A stretch of 64,000 nucleotides of DNA from Pelagomonas calceolata (Eukaryota): the NCBI GenBank assembly GCA_918797485.1, contig CAKKNE010000004.1, positions 5,208,001 through 5,272,000 of the forward strand, written 5' to 3'. The notes below the pieces were generated by a model. That model was not told the origin of the DNA. It ran no database searches and worked only from the letters and a program-made list of their open reading frames with translations. Below are positions 9,982 to 21,257 of this stretch, piece after piece. The translations under genes and the position numbers were made by a program. Positions within the stretch are counted from its first letter, which is position 1. The number at the start of each line of letters is the position of its first letter.

Positions 9982-10842
9982 CTAGCGTGGCAACGTCGCT
10001 GCGGCGGTGCGAAGCCACCCCAAATAGGCCTCCCGATCGACGAGGCGCGTCGCCGCCCTGACTCTACTCTCGCCCCCGACGACGCGCCCGGCCGCGTCGA
10101 CGCCGTAGCTCACGTCGCGGATCTCGAAGGAACCCTCCCTCGAAGCGCAGAACGCCGCCAAAGGATCGAAGCGCGCGGCGCAGGCGTCGGCGCTGCAGAG
10201 CGATCCTATGACTCCGGGCAGCTCTGTTGATTCGGCGAACGCGTCCGTGCAACAGTCGAGGCCCACCAAGGTGAGACTTGGGCAGGTTTTGACGACGGCC
10301 GCCGCCGCCGCCGGGTCGCAGGCAAAATTAAATTCAGGTTCGCGACCGGGCGCGTCGCCGCCCATAGCTATTGCGGTCTCCACGGTGACCCGACCGCTGG
10401 CCAAAACAGCCGCCACGTTCGTGAGCGGTCCGAGACACAGGAGGTCCACAGCGCCTAGCGCGGCGACCGCGCCGCCGACGTCGCCGTCGAACGGCCCGGA
10501 AGCCGCGCCCAGCGACCTGTCCGCGAACCACCGCAGCAGCATCTTCTGCGCGTCGGTGAGCCAGGGCTTGACGGGGACGCGCGGCGCCGACGCACCGGCG
10601 ACGACTGTTACGTCGTTACGCCCACAAGCGTTCAGTATTGTCCTGACGCGCCCGGCGCCGGCCTCCGGCGTCTCGCATGCGCCCGAGGTGGTCGACACGA
10701 CCGCTAAGCGCCGCTCCGTGGCGGCGAGCGCGCTGAGAGCAACCAGATCATCAAATCCCGCGTCCGTGTCGACCCATAAGGGTCGTTTTGCAGTCATGCT
10801 GCTGGTCACTGCTATTGTGAGGCTGCGCAGGAGATTACGCAT
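9982..10842 (-). CDS. Inosine/uridine-preferring nucleoside hydrolase
   Basis: WVDTDAGFDDLVAL, LGPLTNVA, AMGG, EFNFACDPAAA, VGLD, FDPLAA. Confidence 0.88.
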   Translation of the reverse strand: MRNLLRSLTIAVTSSMTAKRPLWVDTDAGFDDLVALSALAATERRLAVVSTTSGACETPEAGAGRVRTILNACGRNDVTVVAGASAPRVPVKPWLTDAQKMLLRWFADRSLGAASGPFDGDVGGAVAALGAVDLLCLGPLTNVAAVLASGRVTVETAIAMGGDAPGREPEFNFACDPAAAAAVVKTCPSLTLVGLDCCTDAFAESTELPGVIGSLCSADACAARFDPLAAFCASREGSFEIRDVSYGVDAAGRVVGGESRVRAATRLVDREAYLGWLRTAAATLPR

Positions 10843-11066
10843 TCACTTCTACTGCCAGGAGCAATCACAGAGCATCACTCGACTCAGGCGGAGGAGTCCC
10901 CTGATCAGATGGAGCACTCACCTGTGAGCACAGCGTTCACTCGACTCAGGCGGAGCAGTCACAGCGGTTGCGCACTCGCTGCAGTTTACAATGGACCTAC
11001 ACACAGTGCTTAGCGCCGGGGGTCGAAAGCAAAAACGAGCTAGTGCTCGAGACATACTAGCGACAA

Positions 11067-11130
11067 CCGGACGGGTCCGGGGGGAGCGGGAGGGGTACGG
11101 GGAACCCCGCGACGTAACTAGCCTGAGCCT
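11067..11130 (+). repeat. G-rich dispersed intergenic repeat, copy A
   Basis: CCGGACGGGTCCGGGGGGAGCGGGAGGGGTACGGGGAACCCCGCGACGTAACTAGCCTGAGCCT; inverted near-identical copy at about 40297-40364. Confidence 0.85.
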
Positions 11131-11258
11131 GAATCCTAAAATTAATCTGCGGGGCTTGTAGAGCCATGGTAATCCACGCACTAGTCCTAGCAACGGCCGA
11201 GAGTCAGTCACGGAACTTCTTAGGCGCGCGTTGGGGCCCACCGAGGAGAAGAGACACA

Positions 11259-12083
11259 TCACACTCTGACGAGAATGCAGGCGTCGAACGGGACCAGGTA
11301 GTCATCATCGACGCCGTACGCGCGGCATTCGTCGTTCAAGCAGTCGATGACACACTCCCGACCACATAAATGCCGCATATCCTCGTTCCAGCCCACGTCT
11401 TCTTCCGCGCCCGGAGCCAGGCGCTCGCAGAGATGCTCCAGCTCGTCGACGTCGTCGATGACGCGGATCACCGACTGGCCCTCCACGAGGTCGTCGCGCC
11501 ACTCGGTCATGGGCCGGCCCGCGAGGGACCCGGACGGCTTGTACTGTAGGAGCCGCTCGACCTCGCTGCCGAGGCCCAGCGCGGCCGCCTCGTCGCCGAA
11601 CTTTTTGACCTGCTCGCGGAGCTTGAACGCCTTCAGGAGCATCTCCCGCTCGGGCGACTTTGCCGCCGCATCGAGGTGCTCCTTGGCCGCGTCGAGGCCG
11701 CCCGGCAGCTTCTCGATTATCTTGAGCCGGGCGGAACCGAGGTGCCACGCGGTCGCCGCCTCGGCGTCGACGAGGCCGTTCTCGATCGCGGAGGATACGA
11801 TGCTGCGACTCGCCACGCTGTCGACGAGCTGCGTGCCCATCGGCTTCCGCGTGAACGGCGAGGTCTCCTTCTTCTGCAGCCACGTCTCGATGCGCTCGCG
11901 CTCGTAGACTTGGCCGTCCTCGGCGACGACCGGCTGGACCACCAGGCTGTGCGAGATGGGGCAGGTCACCGACGCGAGCACGGACTCGGCGAACTTGTCG
12001 GACTTGTCCTCGTCGCGCGCCCGCTTCTTGGCCGGCGCCTTGGCCGCCGCCTTGCCGCGCTGGCGCTTCGCTTTGCTAGACAT
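11259..12083 (-). CDS. U-box protein with C-terminal Mind-bomb SH3-like repeat
   Basis: CPISHSLVVQPVVAEDGQVYERERIETWL..TSPFTR; C-terminus IRVIDDVDELEHL..GWNEDMRHLCGRECVI. Confidence 0.8.
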   Translation of the reverse strand: MSSKAKRQRGKAAAKAPAKKRARDEDKSDKFAESVLASVTCPISHSLVVQPVVAEDGQVYERERIETWLQKKETSPFTRKPMGTQLVDSVASRSIVSSAIENGLVDAEAATAWHLGSARLKIIEKLPGGLDAAKEHLDAAAKSPEREMLLKAFKLREQVKKFGDEAAALGLGSEVERLLQYKPSGSLAGRPMTEWRDDLVEGQSVIRVIDDVDELEHLCERLAPGAEEDVGWNEDMRHLCGRECVIDCLNDECRAYGVDDDYLVPFDACILVRV

Positions 12084-12093
12084 GCTGTGGCGC

Positions 12094-12166
12094 GCGCCTT
12101 CCCTTAAACCAGTGCCGCCGCTGGAATTGAGCGCCTTCCCTTAAACCAGTGCCGCCCCTGGAATTG
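12094..12166. repeat. Tandem duplication with 37-bp period upstream of the U-box gene
   Basis: GCGCCTTCCCTTAAACCAGTGCCGCC(G/C)CTGGAATTG x2. Confidence 0.9.
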
Positions 12167-12588
12167 CGGCAAGCCTTGTTTAACCGGTTGCGCTGCTGCG
12201 GCGCTGAGAATTGCTGCGGCGCTGAGGATGAGCCTAATTTAAACAAGCTCTCAATGGATTTGTCTGCGGCGGCGGGCTAGCTCGTAAAAACAAGCAGCGC
12301 TGCGCTGTTGCTGCTCTTGGATGTGTGCTACGCGGCAACGCGTGGACAGCACGTCCGCGAGGCACTACGATACGCGCTGTGCGGCCCGAGCGCGCTTGCT
12401 GGGAGGTCGGGTTTCTCGATTGACCGCTAGCGCTCGCCCCCAGTCGTCACAACACGCCATCGCAAAGAGTTCTACAGCAAGCATACGCCCTACTGCTTCC
12501 AATTCCAACTCTTCCCAAAACACCCTGGCTGGAGCTGGAGCCCAAGAGCTGGCGCCGCGCACGTGCTCGCTGCCCGAAGGCATTAACC

Positions 12589-15500
12589 ATGGGCCGCTGC
12601 CCGGCGGAAGGCCTGGAGGCGAGCATCCACGTGCTCTTCCTCTTCGGCGTGGCCGCCTTTTTGGCCTGGGACAGGTACAAGCGCGACGACCTGGACCGGC
12701 CGAATAGAAAACAGGCCGACTGGGCGACGGCGCTCGCGCGCTTCGTGTGCCGCCGGCCGCTGGGCATCGTCTCCATTATTGCTGCTTACGCCGCGTACCT
12801 CTCGCTCGCGGCGTTCGTCGACGTCGACTGCCTCGAGGCGCGCTCCTTGCACCTCGTGACGGCGCTCGAGCAGTACGCCCGCCAGGACGAGGTCACGTCC
12901 TACAACCTGGACAACTGGGAGAGCGCCCAGAAGGCGTCGGTTTCCGCGGGCCTCTGCGCGCCGGCGCGCCGGCGCCTCGCCGCCGTCGGCGACACGGAGC
13001 ACTTGAAACTATTCTACGCGGCGCGGAACCGGCCGGCCGACGTCATCACCGCGAAGTCGCTCCTGGACGCGCGCATCCTCGAGGGGCGCGTCACGAGCGA
13101 CGACGGCTTCGACGACCACTGCTACGTCGCCGGCGGGGCCGGCGGCGCGAACCGCCGGTGCTCGAACGCCGCCGTGCGCAGCTGGACCGACCCCTTCTTC
13201 GCGGGCGGCGCCGTCGTCTCCAATATTGACGCGGCGGCCGCCGAGTTCGCGGAGTCGGCCGAGGGCCGCTACTTCTTCGACGTCTTCTTCACCATCAAGA
13301 ATCCTACAAGCAACGTGTCGCGGTCCGAGATCTTCTTCAGCCTCACGGACCGCGAGGCCTTTCGACAGTGGGCCAAGGACTACCTCCTCCCGACGCGCGG
13401 CGCGGCGCAGAAATCAGCCGGGAGCACGTCGCGTCGATGGCGTGCACACGAGAGTTCCCACACACAGGCTCGAACGGGCGTCGACGGCGGACACGCGCGT
13501 CTGCTGGCTCAACGGCGACGTGAACGACATTGAAGTGGAGGAGGCCGTGACGCACGACGCGCTCCTGGCCATCGGGTCGCTCATCTTCGTCTACCTCTGC
13601 ATGATCGTCCACACGCGCAGCCCGATCGTCGCGACGGTGGCCATGGCGCAGGTGCTGGCGTCGGTGCCGATCGGCGTCTACCTCCACCGGGCGCTCTTCC
13701 ACGTCGACCAGTTCTACGTGCTGAACTTCCTGGGGCTCTTCATCATCGCGGGCATCGGCGCGGACGACAGCTTCCTGCTCTTCGACGTCTGGAAGGCCGA
13801 GGTGGATCGCGGGCCGTCGCGGACGCTGCCGGAGATTTTGGCGGCCGCGTACCGGGCCGCGGGCGCGTCCATGGCCGTCACGTCGATAAGTAGCGCGGCG
13901 TCGTTCTTCGCCAACACCTACTCGACGCTGCCGGCGCTGCGGTCCTTCGGCATCTTCTGCGGCACGCTGATCATGGTCAACTTCGCCTTCGTCATGCTCG
14001 TCTTCCCGGCCGCGCTCGTCATGCGGAGCCGCATGCGGCCGCCGGCCGAGGACGCGCGCGTCGACGTCGGCGGCGAGGACGTCGTCGACGCGTCGTCCGT
14101 GCAGGTGCTGGAGCGGCCGGCGACACCCACGGGCGACGAGGGCGACGCGAACCCCCTCGCCCTGCGCGCCGCGCCGGCGGCGCGCTCGCGTTCGCGCTCG
14201 GACGACGACGAGGAGCGGGAGCCCCTGAACCTCTGGGGCCGCGTGGCCGTGGTCCTGGCGACGCCGGCGGAGCTCGCCGAGGCCTACCAGCGCTTCAAGA
14301 GCTGGGCCGCGATCGACAAGTTCTTCGGGCGCACGCTCCCGACGGCGGTGAAGCGCTTCCACAAGGTCATCCTCGTCGCGGCGCTGGCCCTGGCGGTCAT
14401 GGGCTTCGCGTCGACGGCGGCCGAGCTCAAGGCCGACGACGAGCCGCCGCGCTTCTTCCATCGCTCGCACAACCTCGGGCTGGTCTACGAGCTCAGCGAG
14501 GACTACTTCGCGGCGGGCGCCGAGCGGGGGCTCTCCTCCGCCGGCGGCGTCGTCAACGTCGACGTCGAGGCGCCGACGCCGGGCCCGACGCCGCGCCCGG
14601 TCGCCGCGCCGTCCGCGCCGACGCCGTCGCAGACCACCCCCAGCGCAAAGCCGACCGTGCAGCCCCTCCCCCAGCCCACGCCCCGGCCCACGCCCGAGCC
14701 CACGCCCAAGGCCAGCAACCCGACGGGGGCGCCCGTCTTCGCGCCGACGCCAAAGCCGACGCCGCTCCCCACGCCGCGGCCCTCTTCCGTGGTGCCGGCG
14801 CCCACGCCGCCCGTCGGGCCCGTCGCCCCGCAGCCGACGGCCGCGCCGACAATCCTAACGGACGAACGATTCTGCAACGGCGCGGGCACGAGTTATTACG
14901 ACGACGGCGGCGCCATTAAGTGCGAGTGCTTCGCGGGCTTTGCGGGCACGCGGTGCGAGACCCAGGACGTCCAGTATCTGGATCCCGGCGCCATGGTCAC
15001 CCTCGACCTCGTCCACGGCCTCAAGCAGCGGCCCGGCAAGCCGACGGCGCGGTACCGCTTCGGCAAGCCGCGGTACCGGGGCGCCTTCGACCTGGCCGAG
15101 CCGGAGGCCCAGGTTTATGTGAGGGACACGTGCCTGAAGGCCGTCGGCAAGTCGAAACTCAAAGCCAACGCCGTGCATAGCATCTGCGTGCTCTCCATCT
15201 TCGAGACGGATTTTCTGGCGCCGATGGGGCTGGCGCTCCCATTGGGTAGGGACGACTTCCGGAACCTCTTCGCCGAGTTCCGGCAGTCGAACGTGCTGCT
15301 CGACGGATCGCGCGTCGAGGAGTGGATCGGCTTCGACTGCGCGACGAACGAGGCGACGTGGGTCCGCGACAACATCGTGCTGACGGTCCGCAAAGATGCG
15401 GCGGTCGAGGACCGACTCGACGTATTCCAGGAATGGCGCGACTACCTGGACGACCGCGCAAGCGGGCGGCCGGCCGGCGTCGGAAGAGCATTACTTGCCT

Positions 15501-16195
15501 CGTCGCAGGAGGTCATGGCGAGCCTCGAGACGAACATCGTGACGGGCTCGCTCGCCGCCGCGGGCATCTCGGTCGCCGCCTGCTTTGCGTGCGTGCTCCT
15601 GCTGACGCGGGCGGTAGTGCACACGGGCCTCGTGTTGGCAACTGTCGTGTGGATCAACGCCCTGCTCGCGTCGCTGATCACGTGGTCGCTCGCCTGGAAA
15701 ATTGGCATCATCGAGGCCATTGCCTTCACGATCTTCGTCGGAATATCGGTCGACTATGCCTTACACGTCGACCGCGCCTTCCGCTACGCCTGCGCGGGCG
15801 AGATGATCCGGGCCGGGCGGCTGCAGCAGCTCCGGCGCGCGCTGGGCGAAGTTGGCGCTCCGGTCGCCGCGGCCGCGGCGACGACGTTCGGGGCCGCGGT
15901 CTTCCTCCTCTTCTGCATCATCCTCCCGTTCCGAAAGCTTGGTGTACTGATCTGCGCGCACACGGCTTTTTCGGGCGTCGCCGCGCTGGTCGTCCTGCCA
16001 GCCATCTTGGTGGTGCTCCCGAACAAGGACGTCTCGCCGGCGCGCGAGGAACAGACGGAGTCCTCGGCCGTCGAGATGGCGCCCGTTCAGGCGGCGCTCC
16101 CGCCTTTGCCGGAGAAGGGCGTCCGGGTGGCGGAACAGGAGAAATCCGACCTCGACGACGTCCCCCTCGACCAAGACCCGGGCAACTACATCTAG
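12589..16195 (+). CDS. Patched/Dispatched-family RND transporter with Pro/Thr-rich and EGF-like insert; exons 12589-13394, 13468-16195
   Basis: GIGADD and GISVDY motifs, TSISSAASF, two TM clusters, CNGAG..CECFAGFAGTRC; spliced 1177 aa. Confidence 0.85.
13403..13467 (+). mobile_element. Degenerate introner copy 4; intron 13395-13467 GC-AG
   Basis: GCAGAAATCA..GTCGCGTCGATGGCGTG..CACACACAG; removal joins YLLPT to LERAST and fixes the frame change. Confidence 0.75.
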
Positions 16196-16481
16196 TGGGC
16201 TCGCGTGCGAGCCCGAAGTGTTAATGAATTCAGTGTTCTTGCAAAATGTATCTTTTTATACGCCCTGGGTAGGTCTTTGACACACTAGAGATTCACTAGA
16301 GCCGGCTTGCGTGATGAGGCGGGAGCCCACTTTGGGAGGAGCCCGTCGCTCCATACCATTGAATTGCCCCTTTGCGGGGGCAGCCGCTTCGTGGGCGCAG
16401 CGCGCTCACGCCTCTGGAGGCAGGAACTCATTGCCTCTCCCAGGCAGCTTTTGTGGGCGCTAAGCAGCTCACGCCTCTAGG

Positions 16482-19400
16482 ATGCCACCCGCCGGGGGCT
16501 TCGACCAGGGCTGGTCGGTGAACGACCCCTGCTTCTTCAAGGATGAGGCGCGGGGCTGGATCCTCGGTCGCGTGACCAAGGTCGTCGGCGTCGGGCGGAC
16601 CGCGACGCTGTCCCTCGCGTCGGCGGACGGCAAGGTGACCGCGGAGCGGGACGCCTCCGCCATCGAGGCCGCGTCGGCGCGCGCGCGAGAGGGCGTCGAA
16701 GACATGGTCGCGCTCGACGAGCTCACGGAGGCCACCGTGCTCAGCACGCTGCGCGTGCGCTACGACCGCAAGCAGATCTACACGAACGTCGGGGGCATCC
16801 TGGTCGCCGTGAACCCCTACGAGACGATCGCGAACGTCTACGGCGAGGACCGCATGGCCGGCGCGGCCGCCGCCGACGCGGCATTTAGCGGCGCGGCGCC
16901 GCACCCGTTCGTCATGGCCGAGCAGGCGCTGCGGGCGCTGGACCGGGACCGCGCGTCGCAGTCGTTTGTGATCTCGGGCGAGTCGGGCTCGGGCAAGACC
17001 GAGACGTGCAAGTTCATCCTGCGGTACCTGTCGTACCGCTCGAAGCGGCGCTTCGAGCTCGCGGGGACGCCTCGCGGCGGCGCGAATGCGCTCGAGGAGA
17101 GCGTCCTGCTGTCGAACCCGGTCCTCGAGGCCTTCGGCAACGCCAAGACGCTGCGCAACGACAACAGTTCGCGCTGGGGCAAGTACACGCAAGTGTACGT
17201 CGAGCCCTCGAGCGGCGCCATCAAGTCCGTCGGCATCACGGCCTACCTCCTCGAGAAGGTTCGCGTGGTTGAGCGCGCGCGCGGGGAAAGGAACTACCAC
17301 GTCCTGCACCAGCTCGTCGCCGGCGCCAAAAAACAGAAGAAGGGCGACGCGGGGCTGGCGCTCGCGGTGGGCCTCGGCGACGCCCAGACGAGCCACGCCG
17401 TGCTGCGCGACACGGCGACGTCGAGCGCGGCGATCGGCGTGGACGACGCGGCCCAGTTCGCCGTGACGCGCGACGCCCTGCGGAAGCTGGACGTGGCCCA
17501 GCCGGGGCTCTTCGGCGCGCTGGCGGCCGTGTGCCACCTGGGAGACGTCTGCTTCGAGAGTGTCGAGGCCGAGGGCCAGGACGCCGCGGCCGCGATCGCG
17601 AATCAGGACCTGCGGATGGGCCGGAAGGCCGAGCACGCCGCTGACGCGGCGGCGCGCGCGCTCGGCGTCGACCGCGCGCAGCTCGAGGAAGCTTTGGTGT
17701 CGCGGCGGGTCGCCGGCGTCCGCACGCCGCGGCAGGCCGCGGAGGCCGAGCACGCGTCCAAGGCCTTCTGCAAGGCGCTGTACGCGCGCGTCTTCGACTG
17801 GGTGCTCGCGCGCGTCAACGACGCCCTCCAGGCCATGACGAAGACGCCCGTCAGCGCCCGCCGCGCGCTCTCGGGCGACAAGAAGCCGGACTGGCTGACG
17901 GTCGGTTTGCTGGACATCTTTGGCTTCGAGCGCTTCGAGGCGAACAGCCTGGAGCAGCTGCTGATCAACTACGCGAACGAGCGGCTCCTCCGCGAGTTCA
18001 ACGCGCAGGTCTTCGAGGCGGCGACGCGCGAGTACGCCGCCGAGGGCGTGCCCGTCGGCGACCTGACGTTCCAGGACAACGCGCCCCTCCTCAAGACGCT
18101 GGAGCACCCGCGCGACGGCGTCTTCGCGTTGTTGAACTCGGAGTGCGTGCGCCGGGACGGCAAAGACGAGAATCTGCTGAAGCAGCTCCTCAAGAAACAC
18201 GAGCGCGCGCCCTTCGTCGGGGAGCGGCGGGGCCCGCTCCCGGGCGTCTTCGTGCCGCGCGTGTCCGTGAAGTCGACGAGCGCCGAGCGCGCGGACGCGC
18301 TCAGCGTCTTCGGCGTGTCGCACTTCGCCGCGGACGTGAGCTACCGCATCAACGCCTTCGTGGAGAAGAACCGGGATCGCCTGCCGAACGAGATCTGCGC
18401 CCTCGCGGCGACGTCCGACGCGCCCTTCGTCGCGAGCCTCTTCGCGGACATCGACGACGAGGCCCCGCAGACGTCGCAGCAGAAGCGGTCCCAGCGCTAC
18501 GTCGCCGCGTCCTTCGCCGAGAGCCTGGGCAAGCTGACGCAGCTCCTCGACGCGACGCGGCAGTCGTTCGTGCGCTGCGTCAAGCCGAACGAACTGATGA
18601 AGGCGGCGGCCTTCGACGGCGTCGTCGTGCTGGAGCAGCTGCGCTGCATGGGCATGCTCGAATTGATCGAGGCGCGGGCGCGGGGCTACGCGGGGCGCAT
18701 GGACCACGCCGCGTTCGCGTCGCGCTACGGGCTGCTGTTGGAGGACAAGGTCGCGGACGTGCGGCGCTACTCGACGAAGACCACGAAGAAGCTCGCGGCG
18801 GAGTTCCTCGCGCTCCTCCAGCGGCACGTGCCGGGCGTCGAGGCCGTGGCGGTCGGAAAAACTAAAGTCTTCCTGAAGCGGCCGGCGGTCGACGCGCTCG
18901 AGACGGCCCGGGAGACGCGCATGAAGGCCGACGTGCTGCTCGCGCTCGGCGAGGCCGTCGCGGCGCGCGACGTCGAGGCCCTCGAGCTCACGCTGCGCAT
19001 CGCCGACGAGCTCCGCCTCTCGGACACGCCGGAGGCCGCCCGGGCGCGGCAGGAGGTCGAGGTCGAGGGGCGATACCGGGCGGTCGTCGCCGCCGTCGCC
19101 GAGGGCCGCGCCGACGTCATCACCGCGGCCCTCGACGGCATTCAAGATAAAGCGGGCCGCGTCGGCGCGGCCGTCGACTGCGCCCGAGCGGCGGTCGCCG
19201 GCCTGGCGGCCGCGGAGGCCTTGCGGGATGCCACGCCGGACACGGCCGCCGGCCTCGTCAAGCAGAGCGCGGCGGCCCAGGCCGCCCTCGCGAAGGAACT
19301 GGGGAAAAGCCGCGAGGCGCGCCCCAAGGACGTCGCCGAGAGCTCGCCGGAGCTGCCCCTGGAGACGCTGCGGGCGATCCAGGCCGCCGTCGAGGAGGGC

Positions 19401-21257
19401 CTCGCCGCGTGCGCGCGGCTCGCCGAGCAGAAGGCGGCCGTCGACGCCTTAACTAAGGCCGTCGCCAAGGGCGACGGGGCGGTCCTCGCGCGCGTCGTCG
19501 CGCAGTACGAGTCGCTGCCGGGCGACGCCGTGCGGCGCGCGCGCGACGCGGCCCGCGACGCGCTGGCGGTCACCGAGGTCCGCGAGGAGCTCCTGCGCCA
19601 CAAGGCCGCGTGCGCGAAGCTCGAGCGGGAGTCGTGGAAGGACGCGACCTGCGAGGCCTACGCGAAGAAGACCGAGGGGCCGCTCCTCGAGCTCGAGAAG
19701 ACCCTGGCCCGGTGCGCCGGCAAGGACTACGCCTGGCTGCGCAAGGACGTGGGCGCCGCGTCGGCGACGGCCACGAAGCTCCGGGCGAAGCGCGACAAGG
19801 CGGCCGCGCGCGCCCAGGCCATCGCCATGGAGAAGCTCGCCTCGGCCGAGCGCGCGCGCGTCCTCGCGGCGCAGGCCGAGGCGCGCGCCGAGGCCGAGGC
19901 GAAGGCGAGGCGGGAGGCCGAGGCGCAGGCCGAGCGCCGCCGCCTGGACGCCGAGGCCGAGGCGCGCCGCGAGGCGGAGGCCCGCGCCGCGGCCGCGGCC
20001 GCCGCGGACGCGCCGCCGCCGCCGCCGGCCCTCGAGGGCCTTTCCGAGAGCGAACTCGCGCGCGTCCGCGAGAGCGAGCTGAGCCGGAGCCGCGCGGTGC
20101 GCATGGAGGGCCTCGACGCGACGGAGGAACGGGCCATCCGCGCCGAGGGCGAAAAGGTGAAGCGGGCCGGCCGCACGGCCTTCTGCGAGCTCCCCTGGGC
20201 GGCCCGCGTGCAAAAGCTGGTGGAAGGCACGCGCCTGCTCAAGCTCTCGACGACGTCGTCGGCGCGCGTCATGCCGAACGCGGAGTGGAAGCAAGTCCGG
20301 CTGAACTGCCCGTGCGACGCGCGGGGCACGCCGCTGCTCGCGAACGACCCGGCCGCGCGGAACCCGGACGCGAAGCGCGGCGCATACCTGACCTGGCCTT
20401 CTCATACTATTTTGAGGCGGGGCCACCGCAAACTCATGCTCGACGGGATTACCGCCGTGCACGTGGGCACGAACGCGAAGCAGTGGTGCACCATGGTGCC
20501 GACGGAGTGGCACTACGTGACGCTCGTGACGCGGGAGCGGTCCTACGACTTTGGGTTCGAGGACGCGTCGGAATTGCTGCTCTGGGTGAACACGCTGCAG
20601 CGGATTACGTGCGAAGAATGGACGCAGCAGTGCAACGCCGGCGAGGCCGCGGAATTGTTCCGGGGCGCCATCTCCGACGCGCAGCACCGCTTCTACCGGA
20701 GTCGGCGCGCCGGCGCGGGCGGCTCCGACCAGTTCAACCCCTCGCTCAAGGAGCTCTGCCCGGTCCTGTACCCGCTCGCGCCCCAGCTCGCGTCGACGGC
20801 CGCCGAACTCGGCGTGAGTTTCGCGTGCGACGCCCCGCGGCCCCACAAGTTCTGCGCCTGGACGGCGGCCGCGGTCCTCGAGGCGCCGATCGCCCACGCC
20901 GAGGCGGTCGTGTCGATGCGGGCCGTGCTTTCGGACCTCGGGTTCTACGCGAACGGGCGCTTCGCCTGTTCCGCCGGCTTCTATGACGAAAATGGCCTCG
21001 CGCACACGTTGGCGCGGCAGGCCATCAAGCAGCCCTCGCCGGCCTCCGCCGAGTCGCCGACCTCTAGCAAGTCAGGTTCCGGCATGATCACGATCCGGGC
21101 GCAGCACGCAAAAACCGGCAAGGTGTCCGTGCTCAAAATCAAAAAGGGCACGAAGATGGCGTCCGTCTTCGAGGCGCATGCGAAACACAAAGGATTACGT
21201 AGCACCAACTTGGAGAAGGTCAAGACCTCGAAGCGGAGCCCGTCCCGGCGCCAGTAG
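16482..21257 (+). CDS. Myosin (motor, coiled coil, PH-like domain, partial SUMO-like C-terminus)
   Basis: ILVAVNPY, ISGESGSGKTE, LEAFGNAKTLRNDNSSRWGK, LLDIFGFE, FVRCVKPN, VGKTKVFLK; RSYDFGFEDASELLLWVNTL is PH-like. Confidence 0.93.
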   Translation: MPPAGGFDQGWSVNDPCFFKDEARGWILGRVTKVVGVGRTATLSLASADGKVTAERDASAIEAASARAREGVEDMVALDELTEATVLSTLRVRYDRKQIYTNVGGILVAVNPYETIANVYGEDRMAGAAAADAAFSGAAPHPFVMAEQALRALDRDRASQSFVISGESGSGKTETCKFILRYLSYRSKRRFELAGTPRGGANALEESVLLSNPVLEAFGNAKTLRNDNSSRWGKYTQVYVEPSSGAIKSVGITAYLLEKVRVVERARGERNYHVLHQLVAGAKKQKKGDAGLALAVGLGDAQTSHAVLRDTATSSAAIGVDDAAQFAVTRDALRKLDVAQPGLFGALAAVCHLGDVCFESVEAEGQDAAAAIANQDLRMGRKAEHAADAAARALGVDRAQLEEALVSRRVAGVRTPRQAAEAEHASKAFCKALYARVFDWVLARVNDALQAMTKTPVSARRALSGDKKPDWLTVGLLDIFGFERFEANSLEQLLINYANERLLREFNAQVFEAATREYAAEGVPVGDLTFQDNAPLLKTLEHPRDGVFALLNSECVRRDGKDENLLKQLLKKHERAPFVGERRGPLPGVFVPRVSVKSTSAERADALSVFGVSHFAADVSYRINAFVEKNRDRLPNEICALAATSDAPFVASLFADIDDEAPQTSQQKRSQRYVAASFAESLGKLTQLLDATRQSFVRCVKPNELMKAAAFDGVVVLEQLRCMGMLELIEARARGYAGRMDHAAFASRYGLLLEDKVADVRRYSTKTTKKLAAEFLALLQRHVPGVEAVAVGKTKVFLKRPAVDALETARETRMKADVLLALGEAVAARDVEALELTLRIADELRLSDTPEAARARQEVEVEGRYRAVVAAVAEGRADVITAALDGIQDKAGRVGAAVDCARAAVAGLAAAEALRDATPDTAAGLVKQSAAAQAALAKELGKSREARPKDVAESSPELPLETLRAIQAAVEEGLAACARLAEQKAAVDALTKAVAKGDGAVLARVVAQYESLPGDAVRRARDAARDALAVTEVREELLRHKAACAKLERESWKDATCEAYAKKTEGPLLELEKTLARCAGKDYAWLRKDVGAASATATKLRAKRDKAAARAQAIAMEKLASAERARVLAAQAEARAEAEAKARREAEAQAERRRLDAEAEARREAEARAAAAAAADAPPPPPALEGLSESELARVRESELSRSRAVRMEGLDATEERAIRAEGEKVKRAGRTAFCELPWAARVQKLVEGTRLLKLSTTSSARVMPNAEWKQVRLNCPCDARGTPLLANDPAARNPDAKRGAYLTWPSHTILRRGHRKLMLDGITAVHVGTNAKQWCTMVPTEWHYVTLVTRERSYDFGFEDASELLLWVNTLQRITCEEWTQQCNAGEAAELFRGAISDAQHRFYRSRRAGAGGSDQFNPSLKELCPVLYPLAPQLASTAAELGVSFACDAPRPHKFCAWTAAAVLEAPIAHAEAVVSMRAVLSDLGFYANGRFACSAGFYDENGLAHTLARQAIKQPSPASAESPTSSKSGSGMITIRAQHAKTGKVSVLKIKKGTKMASVFEAHAKHKGLRSTNLEKVKTSKRSPSRRQ

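Noticed and set aside
14570..14850. Repetitive CCGACG-rich tract
   Set aside because: Encodes an ordinary Pro/Thr mucin-like linker in the Patched-family protein.
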